Part shown: in pieces, positions 49,649-63,726 of the stretch
How the letters are laid out: each line of letters starts with the position of its first letter
Position numbering within the stretch: the stretch's first letter is position 1
Assembly: GCA_965202585.1 (NCBI GenBank)
Contig: OZ241834.1
Location: 19,530,001-19,594,000, forward strand
Direction of reading: 5' to 3'
Length of the DNA: 64,000 nt
Origin: Thalia democratica
Lineage: Eukaryota
Made by a program: the position numbers and the translations under genes
The notes under the pieces: generated by a model
What the model saw: only the letters and a program-made list of their open reading frames with translations
Databases searched by the model: none
Told to the model about the DNA's origin: nothing

Positions 49649-52009
49649 CTAACAAATTGTAATATTAATTAAACAGTGTGCAAGTCAACTCAAATAAACC
49701 TTTTTTATAAAAAAATATTAAAAAGCTAAAAGTTTTGTCAGCTTAAATTAAATGTTGGAAATGAAAACAAGTCTTTGTAACAGAAATCGTATCATACCAA
49801 TGGTGAAATTGTGTACCTTTTTAGTTGAAAAGTGTATTTTTTTTAATCATTTTAACAGCTAGATAACTTAAAAATTTTATTCATTCAATATCTGAAAACT
49901 AATTGAAACAAATTTAAAAAATAAAAAAAATTTAAATATAAAGCATCTATTAATCAAATGTAGCTTTTTTAAATAGCTTAAGTATATACAGAACAAAAAT
50001 ATTTTGATGACAACTATACTTAAAACTTTTATAACTTGAAAGTTTTACTTTTATACAAAATCAGTATAAAACACTAATATAACACTTTATTTATACTTTA
50101 TAAAAACAAAAGCTTTTATAAAAATATATTTATTATTTAGTATACTTAATTTTATTAAATTCATAAAACTTTTTTGAAGATTAATTTTAACAACTTAGTG
50201 ACATAATATTGTAAAATCTAAATTATTTGTTGAAATGTTTTGATTGTTTTAATTACCAAGTACTAACTTGCAGTATTATTGGGCTCAATTTTATTTTACA
50301 TGATAAACCAAGTTAGTAATTAACAATTATATAGGTAAATACCAAATTTGTAACTTGGAACTTTAATTTTTTTAATATATAAAACTTACCTTAAAATGTA
50401 CAAAAAAAAATTAAAAACATATTCAAGTTTATAAAACTTCTGTAACTAAAAAAATTTTTTTTTTTAATACCATTTTTTGTTAATTCAGAAATTTTATTTT
50501 TTTATCATGATGCTAAAAACTTCATTAAAAAATTTAAATGTATGCAGAAAAAAAAACTTTTTTTTACACAAAAAAAAACAAAACTAACGTTCATTTCCAT
50601 CTGTTATTAGCTGTAAAGTTTAAAAAAATTAAAACTAAAAAGAATAAAATGAGCTTGTGTTCATATAAAAAAAAAATTTAAAGCAATTTATATTAACTTT
50701 ATTATAATTATTCTAAGTAGAAATCTAAGTCTTCAAAAATTAACAAACTATTCCTAAACATTTTGAGGTTTTTAACGTTTTAGGTTCTAAGAAGACTGTC
50801 AACTTTTTTGATTTATCTTAATTTTTTCATGCATGACATTTGCAAATAAATTTAAAATATTAGTATTTTAATTTAATGTGCTAAAAACCTACAACTATTA
50901 AAATAAACTGTATATTTAAGTTGTTTAGTTCACTTGTTGTCTTAAGTATAACAGCGATACTTTTGAAGTAAGTACAATTCTAAATCCTTTGTAGGCTCAA
51001 CTTGAGACCTTAAGTTTTAAAAGTAGTTTAGGCTGATCTATCACTTATAAAGTTGTTTAAAAGCACTAGCGAAAAATATAATATATCATTACTTTTAAAC
51101 TAATTTCACGATGATATACAGACAACAAATTGTTTGGAAATTAGATGAAAAGTGTTTATAAAACACTCAGAATAAAACTAGTTTAATCTTAATAAAATTG
51201 ATAACTTTTCCGTCTAAGTACCAGTAATGTACAGAGCTACTACCTACTCAAAAACTAAGAAAATTAGAACATAATCTAAATTCTATAACTTCATAATTTA
51301 TGAACTATTCTGATTTAATAAAAGAGCAATTCTTTAATTATAGCTACTATTTTTATTATCAATACATTTGTAAGATAAACTGTTAGTAAACTTTTATTAT
51401 GTTAGATTATTATAAAAAATATAGTAATAAATAAGTAAATAAATCATTATTTATTAAAAAACTAAACTGCTATGGAAAAACAAAAAAATAAATGTATAAA
51501 AATCAAATATTTTAACTTTCTAATTTTCTTTTAAGCTACTGTATAAATAAATCTGTGATTTAAGTGCTAACTAAACAACAAAAGATAATTATACTAAGTA
51601 TGGCAAAGTATATAATTATAAACTTTATTAAAAATACTTTTTTTAAAGCTTGTGGAAAAAAAACATGTGCATAAGAAGAATATTAAAATGACATTTAAGA
51701 TACAAAAAAAAAACACAAAATATATTAAACAGCTAGTTTACTTTGAAATAATGTTTTTAAACCCTTACTTACCACAACTTAAGCTTTTTACTTAAAATAT
51801 TTTTACTGAAAGTTACTGGTAAAACTAGTTTTCCTAAAATTAGTAGTAGAAAGTTAACACTTCAACTATTTTATTATATTACATACATCCTTAAACTGTT
51901 TAACTTTTTATATGTTATAATAAAAGTCTTATATATAATTACTCTAAAGAGTTTAATTTTTAACAACCTTTTTTAATCTAAAAATAATAATAGCTCAATT
52001 ACTAATTAC

Positions 52010-52189
52010 CTTGGCAATAGAAAGAACCTCGTCAGGGGTGTACAAATGCTTAAGTTTTGGATTGAGACAACCAGTTTGAAATGCAGTGTAACGAGAACTC
52101 GTTCCATAAGTCACTACGAAGCTCTGTAAATACATTGCGCTATTTACAGTGTCATAAAATAACCAAGTTTGCTCAATTAGCTGATAAAA
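52010..52189 (-). CDS. Putative internal exon of an unidentified gene
   Basis: tttttcag ... AAG|gtaatt; 180 nt open in only one frame (FYQLIEQTWLFYDTVNSAMYLQSFVVTYGTSSRYTAFQTGCLNPKLKHLYTPDEVLSIAK). No family recognised. Confidence 0.5.
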
Positions 52190-53235
52190 CTGAAAAACAT
52201 AGCAAGAGCAAAATTAGTTAGAGCTTTAAAAATATCTTTTTAATTTTGAGCAGCTTTTAAGATGTCATAGGGTTCATCAAATTGAAAAAGGTAGATAATT
52301 GAAAATTCATCTTCTCTCATGATGAATAACTCTTTTATAAGTTCATAAGGTATATTTACAAAAATTTAACGGTCTGTAAATATAGTAGATAATGAAATAT
52401 GATACAATGAGCAATACAAATCTACATGCCCCCAGCTCTTTTAAAGCACATAAATCTTTATTTAAAGAGAATTAGCTAAATAATGAATTATAAAAGACAT
52501 AATTTCATGGAGGAAATATATTTCCATAATAGATTTTTTTTTTAATTCATGTTCCAAAACTTATCGTAGTATACTAAATTTTGTACCAGGTCAGCTTTAT
52601 TATAACAAAACCATTTTTATTAGCTATAACAGATTAAAAACAATTATAAATTATAAATACTGTTTTAAATAAAATTATATACATTGCTATAGATTGTTAA
52701 TCTTCTTGTTGAGGTACTTTTGAGGCAAAAAAATATTCTTCTAATCAATATTTTTTATATATAATGTAAACAAACAAACAAACAAAAAATAATAAATACC
52801 ACCGAATTGAATACACAGCATTTTGATAAAATATTTTACAAAATAACAAACAGCGCTATTGACACCTACTTCGAACCAGTTATATATTCTCTTAATAATA
52901 TTAAGTGTATACATACTTTTAAAATAATAAAAAGTCCGGTAATGCAAGAAAATCAATATTCTACACCCCTAGTAGTTCTAAAAAAAAAGAATGTGTATCT
53001 TTGTTTTAAGATTTTTTTCTAAAAACTTAAAAGACTTTTACTTAAATTACATTACAATAAGAATATTATAGTTTTAAGTATCTCAAATCTTCCCTTGGTT
53101 GTGTGTTGTTCTTCCTGATTTTTTTGTCTTTATCAAAATCGTTTTAAATAGAAAAGTTTTTTATTTAAAACGATTAAATTACACTAAACGTATGAAAATT
53201 TAGACAAGGACTTTTTGAGCACAGACTTCAAATTA

Positions 53236-53665
53236 ATAGGTTGCTAAAAGTATTTGTAATTTTTTTCCTAGAATTACTGATTTTTTCCAAGTTTTTAAAA
53301 ATCATGTTTTTTGGTCCATTTTTCATATAAAATCAAAACGAGGTCAAAAAAGTGCATTAAATAGTGAACTTTTAAACAACAAAAAGATACTTGTAAATGT
53401 AAAGCTACTTTAAATGTGTTTAGTTATGAAGAAATTTAAATAATATAATTTTTTGTTTGGCTTTATGATAGGTTTTTTTATACTTAAACAAAAATTTATT
53501 ATTCTACAATTGAAAATAGTTTGAGTTTCCAGGTTTTCAGTTTTTTTCGTAAATTTTGGTCAAAATTCTAGGTTTTTTTTCAAAATTTATCCCAATCCAG
53601 GTTCTTTTTGCAAAAGTTGTCAAATTCTATGTTTTTTGATGATTGCATGTTTTTTGGCAAACCTG
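53236..53665 (-). mobile_element. Degenerate reversed copy of the 23145-23559 MITE
   Basis: Shares the internal tgtaaagctactttaaatgtgttt (reverse complement of ~23403-23426), ccaggtttt repeats and degenerate ends taggttgctaaa / ggcaaacctg. Confidence 0.65.
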
Positions 53666-54966
53666 AATTACGTACCCTTTTTTGAACTGAGTTTAAAGTG
53701 CTTACCAAGAAGAAGATTACCACAACATAGAAAGTTAAATAACTGCTATAAATTTATTAAATAACTACTAAATATAAATTTTTCTTAGATAGATATTTTT
53801 TATCTTAAAAACTTGATAAAATAAAATTGAAAAGTAACAAAATATAAAACTGTCTCAAGGTAAAAAGCAGATTGAAAAAATATTTGTAAACAAATATTTG
53901 AACTTATTTTGAAGAGTCTAAACTTTTTCAATTGTTTTCATCAACACATGCTTAGAATCATAAATTTTAAATTTTGCTTTGACTAAAAAAAAGGCTAAAG
54001 TCTGTAATAAACTATTTTATTATAGTTCAGTAATAAATAAAAACTATCAAGATTTTGAAAATAGTAAAACTAAGATAACCAGTAAAATTTATTACCAATT
54101 AACTAAGGTCTTGAACAAAATAAAGTTAGACCAGAACAAACTATTTTGGTAGTAAAATAAGTTTAGTTGTTGGTAGTAAAATAAGTTTAGTTGAACAAAA
54201 ATCTAGATAAACGTTTATAATACTAAAATCATATAAAATATTTAGAACCAATTCAAATTTATAGTCTGGCTAATATATCTCAAAGGGATATAATACAAAA
54301 ACCTTATGGTAGATTCTAAGAATTTATCAGATAAAAGAGTATCTTAAGTTAATGATCACAGCTTAGTACAATAAATATGATTAGCCACAAACTTTTTATG
54401 GTACTAAAATAGTTAGTTAAAACTTACAGTACTGAGGACAAGGAAACCTATTGCAACACCAGCTAAAATTCCTGAAAAGTCAGGCTTTTTTTTGTCATGA
54501 AAACTTCTTACTAATTGTAGGTTGTTACATGGCTTTAAACTCACTTGATTTTTGAGCAAGCCTGTGTTTCCTGGAAGTTAAATAAAAACTTTAATGGTCA
54601 ATTATACACAAAAAAAAGTTTAGTAAAGATAACATGATATTTTAGTTTTCAAAACAAAAGAAGTAAACAAAATTCTAAAAGTAAAAAATTTACTGTTATA
54701 TATGTCCCAAGCTGGAATCACTAAACAAACTTGATAGCAAAATTATATTCTAAAAACTTTATCTTTTAATTAATTACTAATTCCCTTTACTGTGCATGGA
54801 ATTTTTTTAAAGGGCAAAAAGGAGATAAACACCTCTTTTGAAATTTTATCTTACTTTATATAGTTTTTACTAAGCTATAAGATGCTTTTTACAAATTTAA
54901 AAAATTCAAGATAATTTTTGAGATATAGCCGGTCAAAGTTGGAGGCAACAATAGGTTCCTTATGGG

Positions 54967-56715
54967 TAGTGATGTACCGGACTCACTATCCGGGTCCGGC
55001 CGGATATTGCCATTTTTGTCTGATATCCAGATCCAGCCGGATTCTAATTTGAAAAAAAAGTCCCGATCCGGCCGGATTCTAATTTGAAAAAAAAGTCCGG
55101 ATATCAACAGCCGGATCCTAACAGAGATCCGGCCGGACCCGGATCTAGTTAGTAAAAAATAGCATACTGAAAAGTATTTTTTCAAAAACAAACCTTGTGT
55201 AAATTAATAAGAGTCATTTTCGTCACTTAAAATTAAACACCTACCCCAATTGGCTCATTTTGTACACGTGACTAACTTACACTTGTTTACATTTAAACTA
55301 TAAAATAAACATTTCAGAAATGCAACTCTTTACATATGTTGTAAAATTAAAAACTTTGGAATGAATACTTGCATTATTTGTTGTTTAAAGTTGAGCTCAG
55401 AGAATATTTAGAGTTAATACGGTTGAATGTACAAGCCAATGAGAATCATATGACGAAATGTTTCAAACTAAATACTGATGTAACAAAACATCAGAACATG
55501 ACAGGCAGTTTATATGTAAGCAGTTAGTTAGTTTGGTGTGCAGCTTGAAGCAACAAAATATCTTGAACTTTTTGTGAATGCTTATTGTAAGTAATGTTTT
55601 GTTATAAAAGTGAATATTTCAACTGGTGTTTAATTGTTTAAATATTTAAGTTTATAATTTAATAGGTTTATAATAGGTTTATAGTTAAATAGTTTATGAA
55701 AAATTTTACAGTTTCTTGTTTACTAAAAGCTTTATTTATTTTTTAGTATATTGTTTTAAGTCTTTTGATATAGATTTAAATTGCTTCCAGTTTTTAAAGT
55801 GTTACCAAAGTAATTAATAGTTTTGTATATGCTAGTATTTCTTGTTGTGTTTTATATAAAAGATTCATCACTCAAAACGATCGTGTCTGATTATAGAAAG
55901 TAGTCTCAGTTTGAATTTAGTATTTGTTGGATATTAATTAAATAAGGTAGGATTTAATTATGATGGGTAGTACTAATAAGTTAAGTGTACCACAATCAGT
56001 CCACAACTTTACTACCAAATTGTCAACCTTTGCTAGCTGTTATCTGATTATTAGATTAAAGTATTTTTTTAATTTTGAAAAACCTCATTCTGACTCAGGC
56101 TTGTTTATACTCACTCTAGCTAGTTTTATTGACTTAAACAGTGGCAACCCTGCTAGTTTGAAAATTTTTGGGAATTTTAGAAAATCTTGGACTGCCTCAA
56201 GCTAGCTTAGTTTTTTATAAAAACTCAGGCTAGTTTTCTTTTAGATTTTGAATGAGTTTGAGCTGATCCAGTTTTCAATATTTTGTAATTTTCTAGTGTA
56301 TTTTGTTCAAGAACTTGATTTCAGATTTTTAATTGTAAATAACACCTAAATTTGTAAACCTTGTGGCTAGCTGTTCTACTTATTATTAGATTAAAGTTCT
56401 TTTTTTTAGTTTTTAAAAATCTCATTCTGACTCAGGCTAGTTTATACTAATGATGTACCGGACTAACTATCCAGGTCCGGCCGGATATTGCCATTTTTGT
56501 CTGATATCCGGATCTGGCCGGACTCTAATTTGAAAAAAAAGTCCGGATCTGGTTCCGGCCGGATTCTAATTTGATAAAAAAGTCCGGATCCGGTTCCGGC
56601 CGAATTCTAAATTGAAAAAAAAGTCCGGATCTGGTTCTGGCCGGATTCTGATTTGAAAAAAAAGTCCAGATCCGGGTCCGGCCAGACCCAAAATTGTGGG
56701 TCCGGTACATCACTA
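54967..56715. mobile_element. Composite hAT-type non-autonomous unit, 1.75 kb, with an internally duplicated left end
   Basis: 15-bp TIRs tagtgatgtaccgga / tccggtacatcacta; perfect 8-bp TSD cttatggg (54959-54966 and 56716-56723); second left end at 56448; gatccggccggattctaatttgaaaaaaaagtcc subterminal repeats. Confidence 0.88.
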
Positions 56716-57829
56716 CTTATGGGAAGTGCAAACGAAAACAACAAAAATAGACTATTTCACTAAAAATCTATCTTCTACGTTTTTTGAAATAACTACCTCA
56801 AACTTTCAGGAAATGTTCCTTGATACATTTAGAAAATTCTGTCAGAAAATTTTTTTTTTAATTAAAAAGTAAAAATTTTATAAAAAAAATAAACAAAAAT
56901 AAACAGTTTTTTTTTTGTTATAAAAATTAAATTTTTAATTTTTATTAATTTTGATTAATGATTAAAACATTTTAAAGTAGGTTTGTAATATCCTCTTTAA
57001 AGTCAACTTTTTTATTATATCTTTTTAACATAGAACTATGAAAATTTTCCATTGAAAATAAATACTTTTTTATGACACAAGGCAAAATGATTCTCAGCAA
57101 TCTAGTGTGAACAATTTAATTCTATTTGGAAAGTGCTGCTATTAAGCAGGGTATCATAAAAGATGAACTTTTTTTACTGTAAGAAATTTTTTAATTGTGT
57201 TTAAATAGTAATTAGATTACAAGAATTTGAAACTTCTTATAGAACTAAATGATGCTTTTAACTATTAAAACCACTCTTAATTCTACACAGGATAAAAGTA
57301 ATTATATTAATTTAGGAGTGTTGAGCCTACACTAAATATTACAGAAACATTTGAAATTCACACTTGATATTCTGGAGTTTATGATAATGAAAAAGAAAAA
57401 TAGTCTTAAGCATATTTGAGGGTAGTTTTGAAACTAACACTTATTAAGGGAAATTTTTCAACCATATAGGATCCTAATCCAGCCTGATTCTAAGATTAAA
57501 AATAGATTGGGATCAGGCAACTTCCTAATTTTAAAACAAGATCCTGATCCAGCCAGATCCTAATTTTATGATTCCAGTAGATCACTAAATGCCACTCTTT
57601 GAATCAAAAAACTATTACGGGTAAACTTAACTATCCTAGAGTCATCAGGAGTATTTTTGAAGTCTTTTTTTTTCTTCTAGGGCAAACTACTTACATCTTT
57701 TAATTATTTTTTCTAAATAATAAAAATATGAAGCTGTGTATGTATTTTCCACAATTAATGGGTACTTAACTCATGAAAAGTACTCATTTCAAAGTATTAA
57801 AGGCTTTTTTTACATAATTGAGGACATAC

Positions 57830-58280
57830 GAGGGGTAAGCCATGTTTTTACAAGTTGATCTTATTTAATAGAGTTTTTTTCTAAGATTCAAGATGCTTTT
57901 TATCATTTTAAAAAAATTTGAATAATTTTTTGAGATATGACCAGTCAAAGTTGGCTGCATAATAGGTTTCCTATAGGAAGAAAAAAACTAAAACAGCAAA
58001 AAAAAGTATTTTATTTAAAATCTATTTCCTACACTTTTCAAGCAGTCTTCAAGTTTTCACAGTATATTCTTTATACAATAACAAAAAACATTACTTTTGA
58101 CGTTAAAAATTTTAAGTGAAATTTATTTTTGAAAAAAAAAACTTATATTATTTTAGTTTTTGTTTTTATTAACTATTAAAATTCAAAAGTAACTTTTTTT
58201 TTTTTATAAGAAGGAACATTTCCTAAAAATTTGAAGAAGATTGCTAAAAAAATGAAGGAGATAGATTTTTAGTGGTTTTT
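57830..58280. repeat. Uninterrupted paralogue of the repeat into which the 54967-56715 unit inserted
   Basis: gatgctttt...tttgagatat...gtcaaagttgg...aatagg matches ~54880-54960 and continues without the insert. ~58210-58275 is the reverse complement of ~56757-56822. Confidence 0.7.
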
Positions 58281-61200
58281 GAAATTTCTTTAGGCTAGAT
58301 TTAGGCTAGATCTTGATTTTAAAACCTAGAACTATCTTGTCTGTTCGGACAGGAGTTTAGATAAAACATTTTTGATCTGGTTTAACTCTATTTAAAATTA
58401 ATTTTATTAAGATTGGATGTTCAATCTAAATCAGCTTCAACTAAAACCAGATAGGAAGACATTTTGATTTTAATCAACATCACACTGGAACCAGATTACA
58501 TTATTCTATTTTATAAAATTAAAATCTAGTTAGATCCAGATATTGCCAGATTATGGATGCCATTAAATACAATAAAAACATATTTTTGATAGTAAGTTTT
58601 GTTTAAATATATTATTATCGTTTTATAATAATTTATGAATAAAAAATTATAAAGTAAAAAATTACTTAAGTTAAGAAAAATTATTTAAACTGGCCTGAGA
58701 TTTGCAAATAATTCAAACAGACCTAATTTTTTCTAAAATCTCAAACTAGTCTAAGTTATTCTAAGAAGTCTGAGTGTGTGGCAACCTTAGTAAAACAATT
58801 TCTATACTCACTACTGTGCGCAGGTACACACCGTGAAAACCACTGCTATATAATATAATAAAAAAATTAAAGATTTTTTTTTGGTAAACTTTGAAAAATA
58901 TACATTCTGAAGTCAAAGATTCCTTATGTTTTATATCTACAAATCAATTAAAATATTATTGCCTAAATATTTAACTTTAGAAATTTAAGATAAATTCTAT
59001 AACTGTTAAGTATCTTGAACATTTTACATATAAAAATACAATAAATTAAACAGACCTGTTAACAGAGATAATCTTTTCAGGTTGGATGTAAACAACTTAA
59101 CCATAGTAAAGTGGCAATTTTACTTAAAGCACAGATAATATTTACAATATTTACATAACTGAAATTATTTATAACATTAAATTTTTTGAAAATACATTTA
59201 TTCTATAAATTTTTATAAAATCATTATCTGATTTGTATAATAAATTTTTGCAAAACGAAGTTGTTTACATAAGTGTTGTCATTCTAAATTTAAACTGTTT
59301 ATAGTAACAGCATAAAACATTTTGTTCTGTAAGGTGCTGTTTTTTCAGAATTTTTAGAAAAAAAGTTTATGATAATTTTTAACTATATTTACTTTGTAAA
59401 ACTGAAGTAAATTTAAATAAGTTTAACTATAAAAGATTTAAAATTTTTATCATAATGACTTTAAACTGACCATGTCGCTGTTAATAGGGTTTTTTTATTA
59501 AAAAGGTAATACTTAAGACAAAGTAATATTTATTGAACGACAAAAAAAGCGCTAAAAATGTTTTTTTATCAAGGGGCAAGGACTTTGTGCATGAAAAAAC
59601 CTTTCGGTTATCGATTCATACATTACGCAAACGGTTTAGTGTTTTGTTTACAAGAGCAATATTTATAACAAGAATGAAGTTTGTTTTAATTAAAAAAAAT
59701 TAAAACAACTGATAAAAAACTTTTTAGCAGTTTCGATTACAACTATAAGTTACAATAGTAAAGTCTTTACAATAGTATAGTAACATGAAAAATAATAATA
59801 AATTTAACATCAAAAACAAGTAGTTGTTTTCGTTTTATGGTTTTATTCAGTTAAAAATACACAAATAAAAGTTTTTCAAAAATATCTATAAAACTTAAGC
59901 AAGAACGTACAATTATAAATTAATCTTAAGTATTGAAAAATATCGACTTAAACCTAAAACGTTAACATTGTTTAATTCAAGCTTCTTTTTTAATTAATTA
60001 ATAAAAAAAAATTTACCAATTTTTCTAATGACAGCAGTTTATTTTAAGCACTTAAATTATTAAATAATTAAAGTACTTTTTTAAACAGTCCATGACTTGT
60101 TTCGTTCATAAAAAAAGTGTTAGCCTATTAGTCAGTTTATTTTTACATCTATTGCTTAGAAGTACGAACTAAAATCAGAAAAGCAAGACCAATGTCCATA
60201 TTAAGTTATTAAAAATTGTTTCGTAGTCTCAAAAATACTAAACTTTATACGATACTTTTTATTGCAGTTTTTACCTTTAATAGCTTTTTCATGATATTAA
60301 ATAAGTCAAATACTATTTATATTGTTTATTTGACAACAAAAATTAAGCGTTCAAAAGGTTTGGTCCAAGGACCTGGTGTGCAAAATACCTTTTAACTACC
60401 GAGTCGTAAACCACGGATATAGTCTAACGTCTTATCCAGAAAATGTAAAGTCCATGTGTTGTTCAAAACTAAAAAAGTATTAATTACACATTAGTATTGT
60501 GCAAAAATAAGACTACTGTTGTGCATACTCTACTATATTCTTCAAAGCAAAACTTGTTTCAAAACACAAAATAAATTTAGCTCAAGTTTCAGGATAAACA
60601 TATACAAATACAATATAGTCACTTTTTTTCTAAATAAAAAATAAATTAGTTTTATTAACACGACTCAAAACAACTTTAAAAGTTTTATATACATTTTAAA
60701 AAATGTTATTATTATAACTTTTTAGAGATAACAAAATTTTGTTAAAACAATTCAGGACTTAGCGTTAATAAAAACTTGATTTGGTATTTTTGAATTAAAA
60801 AAAAAAATTATGTAGAAAGAAAAGCACTTTTTGTCACGATTAATGATTAGTTTTCATTATTAATACTAATGAACAAAAAAGTAAGGAAAATATTCTAAAT
60901 TAGGTAATGATTTAAGCAATAAAGTATACTTGATTATTATATATTCATGAAGTATAATTTTCTAGTTTTGGTTTTGAACATGCTAAGGAAATTAAATTGA
61001 AAAAATTATCATCAAGTCATAATTATCTTCTAAATAAAAAATTGAACATACCAAAATAATTATAAACAAAATAAATAAGTATTTTTTTTATTAAGTGTGT
61101 TGTTGCTACAAATCTCAAGAATATGTTGCGTTAAAATGATTCCTTCTAATCTAATTGCTTAAAACCCCATAATATTTAAACAATATTTTTCAACTAGTTT

Positions 61201-61767
61201 ATACTTTTTTTGTTAAGTTATGTTTGAAGCTGCTAATATTACGAACTAGAACAAAATTCTAAATCATAAAAAAAAGATCTATTTATCTTTAAGTAGCTAA
61301 GCAGAAAGAATTACACCTTGTATTTAAGATATTTTATATAGTTAAACAAAAAATAGATATTTAAAATATTAAAGTTAGACTTAAACTTCCTATTAATAAA
61401 AAATATGCTAAGTCATCAGTTTGAGCTCAGTCGGTACGTAACAAAAAAACTTGACTTTTATAATTTGCGGTATACATAATAAAAGTTAGAGTTTTATTTG
61501 ACTTTAGGTTAGTGGTTTAGTGTTTAATTCCTTTCTCACAGTCATTATAAGTCATTAAAAATGTATCAAATATTGTTTTTTAGAGATTTGTCAATAGTAA
61601 GAAAAAATTAAACTTTTGATTTAAAATGAAGTATAAATCTAACTTTAAACTATTATTCAAGCTTTTATTCAAACTTAGTTGTAACCAACAGTAGTAAAAT
61701 TTTTCTTTTTGTTTTAAAATAACTAGTGCTTAAGTAAAAAAAAAAATAAAATTGCTAGTTTTTAAGT

Positions 61768-62056
61768 CAAGGGTCCGCAGCCTTTTTTAAGTCGCGGATC
61801 ATTTTTCATAGAAACAATATATCGTGGGCTGCACGAAATAGAAAAAGCTTTCATGGGACGCAAATGTTTAAAATAATTGTAATAGTAATTAATATGATAG
61901 TATATGCATTGATAAAGCACTAATAATTAGTTATTTTACAATATTATTATTTACAACCTTAATGCAAATTTTTGTTTAATAATATATACACTTAACCAAA
62001 AAGTGCATCACGGACCACATACTTTTGCTTTGCAGACTGCAGCTTGCCGAACTCTG
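61768..62056. mobile_element. Charlie/Buster-type hAT MITE
   Basis: Degenerate TIRs caagggtccgcagc / gcttgccgaactctg; 8-bp TSD ttttaagt (61760-61767 and 62057-62064), fitting nnnTAnnn. Confidence 0.78.
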
Positions 62057-63530
62057 TTTTAAGTCATGTACAAGATGAAGAAACCACAACAACAAATGAT
62101 TGATTAAACTATAACTTAAAGGTTGAATCAAGCATTTTTATAAAAAGTATACTATGTAATAGGGGAAAATCATAAAAAAAAACTATTGTCTTTTTGTGTT
62201 AGTTACAATTTTTCAAACTCTACGGAAAAACTAAAATACATATAATTATCAATTAAAAGTTAAACAAACAGAAAACTTTTAAAATCTTCATTTCACACAT
62301 TGTTTTTTATAAGTAATATTTCATTTTGCGGTTATCGTAATGTTAGCTTGCAAATTAGAAGTTGAAATGGTATTTTAATATTATGCAAATTCTAAATGTT
62401 TCTCCTGCGAAGGAAATTAAAGCATTAAAAAAATAAGCGGTTAAGCAGTACTGACGTAATAAAAAGCAATGAATATATTTAGCATTGCAAAATCTACTAA
62501 AATTGTTAATAAGTACTTCGGTTTCCTATTAAAATTAGTTCTGTTGACTTTTTTATAACATTTAAAAGCTTGAAAGTTTTTTATTTGCATTCAATCTAAT
62601 TGCTTTTAACACATTTGCTATATATCGGGGATTTAAAATCTAGCGGTTGTGATTGATAAGTGAAAACTCATAAATGGAGGTGGATTGCAAAAATAGACAA
62701 ATAGCGCAGTAAATTTAAGATTAATTTTTTCAATTCTAAAAACTTAAATACAAATAGTTTAAAACACAAAAAAGTAAACGCATTGCGGGCCTTACATATA
62801 ATTTATTTTTCTTTTAAGTAAATTAAGATAAATTATTAAAAACAGCTACTCCAAAAAATGCATATATATACTATATCATCATGCCAAACTATTCAGTTTC
62901 TTCTACTTTACCTTTTAAGTGGGATGTTTCTTTATTTAAAAAACTAATAGGCAGTTTTTTGATTGTTTTATTACCAAACAAACTTTATGTATCAAACACT
63001 CGAAGTAATATCACAAACAGAACTAATAAAATCAACGCATTTACAAAACGAAATAAGAAATTATCTTCACAACGACCAAGTACAAACGCACTATCACTGA
63101 ATGGTTCTAAACAGTTTCTTTGCACCACTGGAGACCATACTTTTACTGATTTTCTTATAAATTAATTATTAGTTTTAGACGTAAGCATATAATTATATGA
63201 TAATAATTACACTATACAAGGACTTTAAGTTATAGAGTTAAAAGATGTTTAGATTTATAATTTTCTGTACAATTATCTTGTGCTACTAAATGAGAAAATA
63301 CTTTGTGGATAACTTATAGCGTTTTATTAACTTAGACGTTAATATTACGTAAGAATATGTAACGTAAGAATAGAATAAATGAAACTATCTAGGAAACACA
63401 TCATAAAAAAAAGAAAGCTTAACACAAACTAAAGTCTTTTGGTACAACTTAAACTTTTCTTCAACAAATAACAAAGTCTATTCATTTGCAGTAAAAACAA
63501 ACAGGCAGTAAAAAATAATTTCAACACGCA

Positions 63531-63726
63531 CTAGTTGTATGTCATGTACGTGGGTGTCGATGAGAACTTAGCGTACCCTTGGATGACCTTTCTCACCGCG
63601 TCTAGGAAGTCCTTCTCGGTTGCCACCTTCCTGCGGGCCCTGATGGCGAACATGCCCGCCTCCGTGCACACCGACCTGATCTCGGCCCCCGTGCTGTTCG
63701 GACACATCCTAGCTAGCAGCTCGTAC
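63531..63726 (-). CDS. PSMC2: 26S proteasome regulatory ATPase subunit 7 (Rpt1), last coding exon
   Basis: cag acceptor, then [64 protein letters not shown], near-identical to the PSMC2 C-terminus. Confidence 0.96.

Noticed and set aside
50384-50420. Minus-strand polypyrimidine-AAG|GTAAGT as a recursive splice site
   Set aside because: The host gene is undefined, the intron would be short for recursive splicing, and such motifs arise readily in AT-rich DNA.
52260-52375. Minus-strand coding-like segment (IFVNIPYELIKELF...)
   Set aside because: Bounded by in-frame stops with no usable splice sites; possibly a decayed retroelement fragment.
62890-63170. Minus-strand ~55-codon frame with a hydrophobic stretch (ALILLVLFVILL)
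   Set aside because: There is no convincing start or splice context, an in-frame TAA follows, and no family is recognised. It may be PSMC2 3' flank.
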